A program made the translations under genes and the position numbers. Below, piece by piece: positions 54,081 to 64,000 of a stretch of 64,000 bases of DNA. The stretch is taken from contig JAHRHZ010000274.1 in assembly GCA_024137785.1 (NCBI GenBank), positions 20,386,086 to 20,450,085 of the forward strand. Direction: 5' to 3'. This DNA comes from Ginglymostoma cirratum. Its lineage: Eukaryota. How positions within the stretch are numbered: the first letter of the stretch is position 1; each line of letters begins with the position of its first letter. Under the pieces are notes generated by a model. The model did not search any database. It was not told where the DNA came from and worked only from the letters and a program-made list of their open reading frames with translations.

Positions 54081-54243
54081 AGTCATAGAGTCATATGTCA
54101 TGGAAGCAGACCCTTCAGCTCAACCATGCCAACCATGTTCCCAAACTAAACTAGTCCCACCCATCTGCATTTGGCCCATATCCCTCCAAACCTGTCCTAC
54201 TCATGTACTTATCCAAATGTCTTTTAAATGTTATAACTGTACC
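54081..54243 (-). mobile_element. Short CR1 3' end fragment
   Basis: Similar to 50480-50640 (CTAGTCCCACC...GGCCCATATCCCTCCAAA...TACTTATCCAAATGTCTTTT). Confidence 0.85.
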
Positions 54244-56379
54244 TTAGGTCTATTATAGTGTACCTACTGAATTGTAATAATGTCTAAATAATAAGCTTCA
54301 GAATATTGAAGTAATTAATACTTGAGTGTATGCTTCTGTGCAAAAATAATTTTTTGAACATGCATTTCCACTGATCTGATTGTACTGAATGAACAAACAG
54401 ATCTAGAATACCGGAAATACAATATACTATTTAAAGGAAATGCATTAATTATTTACAATTTGTAAGTAAAATGTAATCAAAACTTTCCAATTTAAAAAAA
54501 ACTCCTCTGACAAACTTGTGGTACAGAGCAAACAATATTGCCCAGAAATTCAATAACTGTGAAGATGATATGCTATTTGTACAAGAGCCTCTTATTGTGC
54601 TGAGCAATTCTATCACCAGCATTCTTCAATGTTTAGCAAAATGACTGTCAAAGAAGGTTTGGCTGTGACATTGTCTTCTGTTCATGACATTAGTCTCTGA
54701 GAAAAAGTAACCAATTTGACTTGTATGAAATTTTTATCATTGAATTCTGAGGACATTGGTTGCATTGCTGGGCTATTTAGATCAATGGGATCAATGTCAG
54801 ATCAATGTTTTTTTCTTCCTAGCTGCCAGTCTTCCTAATCCTTTTTTTAAACTGTACATTGTTGTATGGGAGCATAAGTGAATTGCAGTGCTTCTTTTAC
54901 TGCCTAATTCTCCTGACCTTCTCCTTTGCAGAGCTCGGTGCATCCTAACAACAGCTTTTGGGCTTTGTATTCTGACCACTGAACTTTTCAACTGGAGACA
55001 TCCAGAATTTGGAATTGTATTCCTAATATTATCATTGGTATGGGTACAGGGTTTGAGTCAATTAAAGACTGGGAAGTATTTTTTTTGTAGAATATAAAAG
55101 ACTCTAAACAACAGTTAATAATTTTAATATCAAAAAGATGTAGATGGGGGTACAGTTCATAAAAGGAGATTTTAGAAGTAAAATTATCTTGTTGAAGGTA
55201 ATCTGAAAACTTCAGTTAAAATGTGCAGGGATAAATACTGGACTCAGCAAAGTCCACATCACACAGAACCCAATTAACACTCACCTACCATGTAAACAAG
55301 GCTGAGACCTTCTCAACCTGATCAACAGAGATGGAAAACTGAATTTCCAAAAATGCTTTGTGCACTAACACATCAACAAGAACCTTCACAAACTTTCTTG
55401 CAATTCAGAGTTTTGCACAGCCTGACGAAAATGCCTTTACAATGACAGGCAGTCAGGTGTCTCTTTAGCTGTCCTTGAGAACTCATGTGTTTCCTTTCCA
55501 CTCACTGTCTTTCAAAGAGACTTCCAGAGACCCAGTTACAGATGTTCAGATGAGCTGTGTATGTGAAACAACAATACCAGTATATCTACTGCTTTCTACA
55601 AAACGTAATCTGGCTGCTTAACGTGTGTCATTGCGCATTGCTGCAAAGGAGCTGCACAACAGAGAAAAAAAGAAATGGAAATTGTGATGGAATTTGCATA
55701 TTCCCTTCAGGCTAACTGAAGCAACTGGCACATTTTGCAGGGGGTTAGATAAAACCTTAGAAAAAATATATCTGTGGTGTAGACCTAAGAATGGTGTTGG
55801 CTTTACTAATGCTGTGACTAATGGCAATGTCAATGGCAGCTTGTTCCGTTTCAGTCCCTGCCTCGAGTTATTGCAGAAACGGAAAAGGTGAAAGATGTGG
55901 AGCAGTGCAAATTTATCCAGGGTTTGAGGAGGGAAATAAATTTTGTCAGTTCCTGACTGGGTGTCTTGACATCTAGTGCATGCTATCTTACAACACAGGT
56001 TTTGCAGGTCTTTACTATGCAGACTGAATACTGAGTTGAGCTGTTAGGGGGAGTACAACTGCTTTATCCTTGAGAGCATTGCATCAGTGAAATCAAAGCA
56101 GTAGTAGTTAGGGGACATCAATCACCTAGATCAGCAATGCTCTTTGCTACAGCAGATTGTTTTAACACCCATTGTTTCACAAAGCTCAAAATTTATTGGT
56201 ACCTTTTAGAGTTTTAGTTTTTAGAAACTTGGGGTATCTCTAATGAAAATTTTAGTTAGAAACTTCATTGAACAAATTTTATTCATCACCTTGAACATGA
56301 CTATACTTCGGACTCTAATTGAAAATTATATTATTGAGCGATGCTTTACATATCCATCAACCGTTCATCATGGAAATTA

Positions 56380-59300
56380 TAAATTCAGTGATACATTTTA
56401 TTGAAAATAAAAGTAATGGGTATTAAGCACATTTCATTCCATTTTTAAAAAATGCTTTTCCATCTGACAGGTAAAAAACTGAAGTTTCAAAACTGCCAGG
56501 ACTTAAAAATATTAAGGTCTGTCATAAATTTTAAAAGTATACTTGGAGAATAGAGGCATCAGGACCCTTTTTTAAAGAGAATGTGGGAAGAGTTTTATGT
56601 GTGTTGCATTAAGTGGTGAGTCAATCATCTGTAAAATGGAATGTTAGAGGGAAAAAAATGCTGATGAGGTGACCGTAAATATTTAGAATGTTCTATCAAA
56701 TGCGGAAGGGCTAGATGGTTAACGAAAATTTCTCAATTAAAGGGACAAAGATCACCTCATCGTCTGCACCACATATAACTATGCCTGCAAAACTGCACTA
56801 GTGACAGTGTTCACCCTACGTTTCCCAACAAAAGTTATCAGCCAACTCATAACCCCTTTAGGAATAATATAATAAGTCACATGTTTGACTGTGGCAGCAT
56901 TCTATCCTGCTTGAGAGTCTGAACGATGGAAGAGAATTCCCTAAAGGAATTCTTAAACAAGGATTTCACGGAGCATGCAGTCAGCCATTGCCAAGGGTTG
57001 GAATACACATGTAAACAATGTTTTCTGTCCTGCCTTAAAAATAAACTAGCTACCAGCATTGCATTGTCCTTTGCACAAACAATACTGTACATTGCATACA
57101 ACAATTTGTTGGGCTCCCTTGCCCTACAAAGAGTACACATAATCTGTTCTACTCCCACCAGTTTAGCACTTGAAAGTCTACAGACTTTTTTCTTTAAAAC
57201 AGTCAAAGAGACTACAATGACAACACTCCTTCTTAAAATTCCAAGTGTTTCTTACAAGTTTGACATAATTACTCTTCATAAAATAAAGCATTTTTTCCAT
57301 TTACAATGGCTCTTTTACACCAGAAGCCTATACTTTTAAAGTATAGGAATATGCAAAACCATAAAAATGAGGACAATTACCGTATTTAAATACAATAAGG
57401 GTAACAGGAGAGTTTAACTCAAATCCAGTTCCCATGGAGGAAGAATACTCTACAAATGGTATATAATGCTGAACATTCTTAATAAGCCAGTGTAATGAAA
57501 CTTTTTTTTTGTACTTTTCTCATTACAAAAGTCTTTGCCTTATAAAATAGGGTAGATTAAGTAAAACATACTTAATAAAACTATACAGCTTACAAATTAC
57601 ACAGTCTGCAAAGAAGGCAGCTAATGTCCAAGACAAGGATGTGACAAGGATCAAACTTGCTGGCATTATTCCCCTATTTCTTGTCCCCCTTGTGCAGCAT
57701 CCCAGTTAGCATACCAAGTGTCAATCAAACACAAATTATTAAAGCTCGGAGACATTAGTAGGGTCTTGAAGCAGAGCTATATATGTCTTGGTTATCATTT
57801 ATCATTCCACCTTTGTGTAGATGGCAATTTTGTTGAACAATGCTACCATGCCAAATTGACACCCCACAACTATTGCTTTGTGTTATTCGTTTTTTCAATT
57901 CTTTATGTACAACTTTAGTTCATGGTTTTTCATATTCTGACTAGAATAGAAGCTTCCCCTTGAAGTTCAGGCCAGTTGACAGTTTAGGCTGTGAAGCATT
58001 TAGGGCCTGGCCGAATAGTGCACATATCTATAGAAATGATGTGACCTATTTCCTTTTCGAACCAGATTCTGGTACAAAGGACAACAGAAGTACTGCTTAC
58101 CAAGTGCTGTAATCAACTTAACAGTTTTTTTAAAAAGTAGCTCAAAGGAATCCTATCTTTAGTCAAAATTAGTGATTAATGCACTGTTGAAATCCAAATC
58201 TCCCGAAATAACATGCAAGAAAAACATTTACTTGATTGAAAACAGTTTGACATTTTACAACTTATAGAGGCTTGTACCACACTAGGTCAAGATATTGGGC
58301 CCAGTGGATTTACTACATTAATTGCCTGATCAGCTGCCACTGTATTTTGTGAAATGGAGCCTGTCCAGTTTACTCTGATTAAGGAAATTATAATCTAGCA
58401 TCCAATGCTTTAGCCACCAGAACACACAGGAAAATAAAACAAGGCTAAACTTGTTTTTATAATGTGTTGCCAGTGTGGTGCTTCACAGCTGTACTGTAAA
58501 TATACATACCCACCCCCCAACCCCATTTTCAGCCTTCCCTAATCATGCATCAAGCATTATTTATAACAGGAGAAGGACCTATTTTTCTTTCTGTATAGAG
58601 AGCAGCACCAACTTTGGTCAATTAAAACAAAATTAATATTTAAAAAAAATAGAAAAGTATGATGTTGTAGTTATCAAGTGTGCTAACTCAAAATGATTAA
58701 ACAAGCTAAATGCTCTATCACTATAGACAAGACTGGTATTGCATATTTTCCAAAGATTCAAAATAAAAGGAGCTGGAAGACGCAAGTAGGGAGAATCAAA
58801 AGTGAAACACTTTCCATTAAAGTATTAGTGACAAATAACGTCCAAAAGCAATGTTCCTACATGACCGCAAGATGAATATATTCTATACGAAAGTCCACAG
58901 AATCACTGGAATACTGATAATTAGTGCTGTTACAATGTCCTATGAAGCAAAAATCATAAACCCTTACATTTTTACCAATGGCAATTTTTTTTAATGACAA
59001 GCAACCATACATGCAGCCAAAAGATTGTGCAGTGATACCAACGATTTTTTAAACATTTTTTCTCAAAGGCAAGGCACATAATGTGGTATAAAATTCCGTG
59101 CAAATTAGGAAAGGATTTTGTAGGGAAAAGAGTGAAGCCCGCACATAGTTGCCATGCACGTCAGAATTCAGCAATTCAGCTGATCTTTTTTTGCTGGATC
59201 ACAAAGTTTACTATCAAAGCACCATGCATAACTCAGCACCTTTGATGAAAAAAAAATGTCAATATAAATACGTTTAGAGTTTGCCTCACTGTTGCTGTTT

Positions 59301-61532
59301 ACACTCGTGAGGTTTGGATGCCAGCATTTAGCTCAGGGAAAGCTGTACCTAACCAAGAAATATAAGCTTACACGGACAGAAATTTGTTCAGATGCAAGCT
59401 ACTTTTGTCAAAAGCATTCAGTTGTGAACAGAACTAAATTATGCCAAATATTGCTTTTGATATGTGTCAGTTTAACGAATGATATTCTGTGCACAAGTGC
59501 TGTCTTTTTAATTTTATGAGAGTGCGGCTGGCTACCCTCTGATTAAAAAAAAATAAGTAACATACTGACTAAGGCATTTGTGTTCACCTGTGAAAGGTGG
59601 GTGGGGGAGGGGGTTTGGGTGCACTTTTGTGCCACAGTCGCCTAGCGACAATTTTCCCCTGTTTACAGTCCTGGGGTACAAGGACAAGTTACAAAGAATC
59701 ACTAAGATACAAAATTGTTTCCTTTCAATTGCACTTGCCTCTTAAATCTTTTCAAAAGATTTTTTTTTGTCTTTGCTTAAACAGGCAGTTAACCTGTTCC
59801 TTTAAAAGCAACCACTTCCTTTATTTCCCCAACTTAAAGTTGATTACTGATTGGACGTTAGCTTCCCAAGAATGAATTTGAAACCAAGTTAGACCTTGTT
59901 CAATTCTGCTTCTGTTCTTTTGTGAAATAAGCTACTGGCAGAAAAGTGTGATTACCTGGGGAGGGGCGGAGGGCTGAATACATTGTGTTTAACTTTACAA
60001 TTTAAAAAAAACACAAAAATATTGATCTTGAAACAATTTTCTACCCTGCTCCCAAAATGTATTCCACTAAGCTAAAGATACTCTGAGTTTGCAGCTATTT
60101 GTATGTTTAATTTTGAAAATAAATGCAACCTGCAGCTAGGAGGGAAAGGTAAAGTATGTATGCTAACGTGAGGCCTTGCACTTGCATTGTGTATGAAGAA
60201 CTTCCCCACACTCAATCTGTAGCCACCCTTTGCCTCCCAATACTATCAATAAAAGCTAGGTATGTATTTTATGGTGTATGGCATGCATTAGTGAAGAAGC
60301 GACAATAACTAAAACCGATAAAACTACTGCTCTGGTAGATGAGCATCTGCATCTGCGCTATTAGCTACATGCAAAAACTAAGTAGGGTGGGAAAATTGTA
60401 ATTGAGAAATAGTAGCAACATTACTGAATGGTTTGCTTTATGGTATGCTGTGATTAAATAATTCTGAAAATGTGTTTAAAGTTTTAGGTAAATTAAATCA
60501 TTCACCGACCAACCTGTGGTGCAGGAGGTTTCTAACACTGAATCGATTCATTATCTTCTTTAGTTTATAGGCAACAGAACAGAATTTGCTTCATGATGTT
60601 CCCAGTAATTGACAGGGTAGGGCTAGGAAATATTGCCCTGGTTAACTTGACCCGCAACGTTGGTACCAAGGAACTGTCTAATTTTAAATATGTCAGTCTG
60701 AACAATTGATTGATTTGTTACCATTGCATTAAACACATTTATTTGTGTAGTAGAAAAATATCCTTTCTTATGTTTAGCTTGCCCAAACGTCTGAAATAGA
60801 AACAAGGAATATAACTTGATGTCAAGCTAATGAATTAGCCATATTGAAGTGATGGTCTCCAATGTGTAGGCTTCATTAGTGCATGTTTTTATGATGTTTA
60901 GAACTTTGCAATAAAGTTAGTAAACAAAGACTGATCACAACGATTATAATCAAGAATGATTTAAATAAATGTGAAGAATTGTCTTAAACTGTGATCACTT
61001 TTAATTGACCTCAGGTATTCCAATGCACAGATACACTCATTCTGTGCATTTCAGCACTTGAAGGCTAAGTTTGGGTGACTTCTAAATGATTATGCACAAT
61101 ACTGCACATCCATCCTTTGTGTAAATAATGCTACCTTTACTCTTTAGAAAGGAGAAATCAAAAGAAAACCATAATGTAACTTTGAATAATGTTCGATTGA
61201 TGAAGGTTAATTTTCCCACCCTTTCGAAAGCAGATTTAGTAAACTTTGTTCTGAATTTTTTTTTAAGAAATATAAAGGCTTATTTGCATAAAACAGATGG
61301 GGAAACCTCAGGCTAAGCTTCAGCCAATGGAAGAAGTGAATTGCACCCATCTTCGGAACATGTTGGTAGGATGATAGTGTTTCTGACTTTTCATTTTCTT
61401 TTAAAGGCGAGTCGATAAATAGTCTTCTCCCTTGTTTCTCTCTGTTTTAAACTTGAAACCAAAGTTGACGCTCGACCATGTTTCTGGAAACATGATTAAA
61501 TAGCTTCTGTAATACTCGAAAGGGGACTTCAA
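56380..61532 (-). other. Long (~5.1 kb) 3' UTR of the NFI gene
   Basis: It follows the stop codon, is AT-rich with U-runs, and has no recognisable transposon fragments, unlike the rest of the window. It ends at a minus-strand AATAAA. The 3' boundary is inferred. Confidence 0.6.
56397..56402 (-). terminator. Candidate polyadenylation signal (AATAAA) of the NFI transcript
   Basis: Plus-strand TTTATT lies at the distal edge of the UTR-like tract. Other AATAAA hexamers exist, so this one is not proven to be used. Confidence 0.4.
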
Positions 61533-61550
61533 CTATCCCAGATACCAGGA
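61533..61550 (-). CDS. NFIB: Terminal coding exon segment of a Nuclear Factor I (NFI/CTF) transcription factor, reading SWYLG-stop
   Basis: The minus strand reads TTTTTATTTTTTCACAG|TCC TGG TAT CTG GGA TAG, a strong splice acceptor followed by S-W-Y-L-G-stop. This is the characteristic last-exon C-terminus of vertebrate NFIA/NFIB/NFIC. The family call is firm. The NFIB call rests on my recollection of 3' UTR motifs (AGAGGCAAGTGCAATT, TAGTTTTATCGGTTTTAGT), not on a search. Confidence 0.7.
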   Translation of the reverse strand, partial: SWYLG

Positions 61551-62470
61551 CTGTGAAAAAATAAAAACATAAACATTAGGAACATTAATGGCTTAAAATA
61601 AGAAAATAAACCAAAGAGCACACACCAACCTTGAGCATGGAAAAATATTTCAACATTCAGGCACTCAGTAAATAATCACTATGCCAGTTTAATAACAGGG
61701 TGTATGCAGGCTAATAATGGTTACCCCTCTCCAGTCAAAGTATGTAACAAATTGCCACAATTAGGCCCTGGACCCTACCTTAATAATTATGGCAAACTGT
61801 GGGTGCCTGCCATGGCCTGCAGCTCTCCAGAGGCCTTGCCAGTAGAGACAGGGAGATAGATCCTTCACAAGTGTGGGGGCAGGGAAGAGAATGGGGGCTG
61901 GCAGCAACAGATCAGCAGGAGTCCACAAGCATGGTCCACATGAAGCCAAGTTTACAAACAACTCCCTACTGTACAGAATACCTGCATCAGTGCTTTGTAT
62001 ATGATCGGGTCAGAAGCGGTGTGAAAAATGGACAAACTGAAGAATTATGCCATCCTACTGGCTGTAATTCCTTGTACAATTCTAGGCCTTCAAGGGAACA
62101 CCCCCAATACCCAATAATTGAATTAAGAGAAACAGACACACTCCTTGTCCTAAAGACATATATGATCATTGTATCCCTTGTCATTTTCCAAGAAGGAAAA
62201 TTAACATGTAAAAATGTTTAACTTGAACCAAGATTACTTGCTAGGTTCAGCATAATAATACAAATTTGCTGTTCGTCTTTATTACTGCATTATTAAAAAT
62301 TCTTTGTGAACAAATCTGTTTAATGGCTTAACTTATAGTTTAAACCATGACCTTTCAAATAAGAATGAGTGAAATATCTAGTGAGCAATTAAATGCCAAG
62401 GTTTCTGTTTTCCATCTGATTCCTTGGCACACCACAACTACAACAAAAACCAATCAGTTATCCCAAACAG

Positions 62471-62686
62471 AAAAACCAAAGAACTGTGGATGCTTGAAAT
62501 CAGAAAGAAAAACAGAAATTGCTGGAAAAATTCAGCAGGTCCGGCAGCAGCTGTGAGAAAAAGCGGAGTTATCATTTCAGGTCCAGTTCTGAATAACAGT
62601 CACTGGACCTGAAACATTAACTCTTGCTTTCTCTGCACAGATACTGCCACACCTGCTGAGTTTTCCCAGCAATTTCTGTTTTTGTT
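62471..62686. mobile_element. Degenerate palindromic pseudo-LTR mini-element (family B) in the last NFI intron
   Basis: Inverted arms, ACAGAAATTGCTGG...CCAGCAATTTCTGT, with a decayed hammerhead motif at the centre. Confidence 0.78.
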
Positions 62687-63232
62687 ATTCTCATGTCCTG
62701 CCGTGCAAAGACACTTCTGCTTGATAGATAGTGAGGGCTTGCTGACACCAACAGTCTAAGCATAAGAGAAATGAGGTAAAGATTGAAAAACATCATAAGC
62801 ATTGCACACTTAGGAAGAAACAGACTAACCATTTGGGTCTGATTGACAGGGAGCTCTGAGATCTGAACTCATGTCGTTTTCATTGGAAGTCAACCGCTCA
62901 TCAACTGGAACAACTATATCACATTACACCTTGAGAAACTTGCTTCAATCCAATCATTTAGCAGGAACAGTACTTTTTCTCCTTCACTGTCACATTCATT
63001 TTTATATAAACATTAAAATAATTTGTATAACATACCCCTGGGAATTACTGTCAGTGATGACATTGTGCAGATGCTTAAAATGAAAGAAGTAATTTGCATT
63101 TACATTTTCATACCAAACTCCTCTCTCTGTTGTTTTACTGGATGCACTTTTGGGTCAATGCCATAGAAATAGTGAAACGGAATTTGTTACAAGCACATTG
63201 CATTCGAAAATCACTAACAAACATTTGCAGCA

Positions 63233-63345
63233 AATAAAAGCAGAATACTAAAGATGCAGGAGATCCGGAAAAAAGCAAAATATGCTGGAGAAACTCAGCA
63301 GGTCTGGCAGCATCTGTACTGACAGAACAGGTGACGCTTCAGAAC
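63233..63345 (-). mobile_element. Degenerate pseudo-LTR fragment (family B-like)
   Basis: Contains GCTGGAGAAACTCAGCAGGTCTGGCAGCATCTGT. Confidence 0.7.
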
Positions 63346-64000
63346 AATTTGTACTATATGTTTTCTCAGAGAAATTCATTCTGAAATGCCAGCTTCCAAC
63401 TTACAAATTTTTTGGTGTAATGCTTAGGAGGCCTGTAATACGTATTGTTTTTATTGAATAAAGAAGTGAGTGAGAAAACTTTATGCAACTTCTTTTAAAA
63501 TATGAAATATGCTGGTTCTAGTGACTTTTTGACTGGAGAAGCTGAATATACTGTGAATAGAATAAACAATGTAAACATTGTGTGAGCTCTCCAACAGTTG
63601 TATTTTTGCCTGTCCACTTCATCTTTCAACAGCTGCATGTTTGATTTCCAGGGAAATATTTCTCTTTGCATTTATGGATAGCTTTAAATTAATGATCTGA
63701 GCTTGTACAGCTCTCTGTATCACTGTTTATCTCCTTTTCACAGTAAACTTAATACATTTCAACACACTTGACAGATGGCACTGCCATCTGTCTGCCAACT
63801 GAGCAGCTTTGTTTCACTGCTGTAAGCAGGCAGCTGCACAGTAAGCAGTGCCAATTCTTGGATATTTATTGTAGTGTGTCTAAACTCAGCAGCCCAAGGC
63901 CATTGGGAGGGAACACCATTAGCAGAATGCTGTCAGCTAAGTGGCACACAGCATTCAACTACACAGAAGGTAATTAACATAGGTAAATCTGGAGATTACT

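Noticed and set aside
63776-63786. Canonical full NFI binding site
   Set aside because: The spacing is TGGC-N3-GCCA rather than TTGGC-N5-GCCAA, so only half-sites are claimed.
1-64000. Most of the 60-155 aa ORFs in the supplied track as genes
   Set aside because: They show no recognisable domains, many start at non-ATG codons, and they are the expected chance or repeat-derived ORFs of vertebrate intergenic DNA.
61553-64000. Further NFI coding exons
   Set aside because: I found no minus-strand segment with splice sites and NFI-like Pro/Ser-rich sequence. Upstream exons presumably lie beyond the window.

Overview
Vertebrate genomic DNA, repeat-rich and gene-poor. The repeat repertoire (Neptune/Penelope-like elements, CR1, Rex1/Babar, SacSINE1-like SINEs, Harbinger remnants) points to a cartilaginous fish (shark); this is inference. 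The only host gene I can support is the 3' end of a Nuclear Factor I gene on the minus strand: a terminal exon at 61550 reading SWYLG-stop, followed by a ~5.1 kb repeat-free 3' UTR ending near 56380. NFIB is the most likely paralog. The rest is intergenic and full of decayed transposons. The most striking signal is a set of about 13 minimal hammerhead-ribozyme motifs (CTGANGA-A-stem II-GAAACGTY) in two families of Penelope-like terminal repeats. These occur as 0.1-1.9 kb insertions, mostly palindromic, with 12-16 bp target-site duplications. One insertion is little more than the ribozyme, and one has copied its own flank into a 392-bp palindrome. A degenerate (TTAGGG)n tract interrupts a CR1 reverse transcriptase. 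There is a 400-N assembly gap at 31876-32275. Most ORFs in the supplied track are spurious. Boundaries of old repeats are approximate because they were read by eye.
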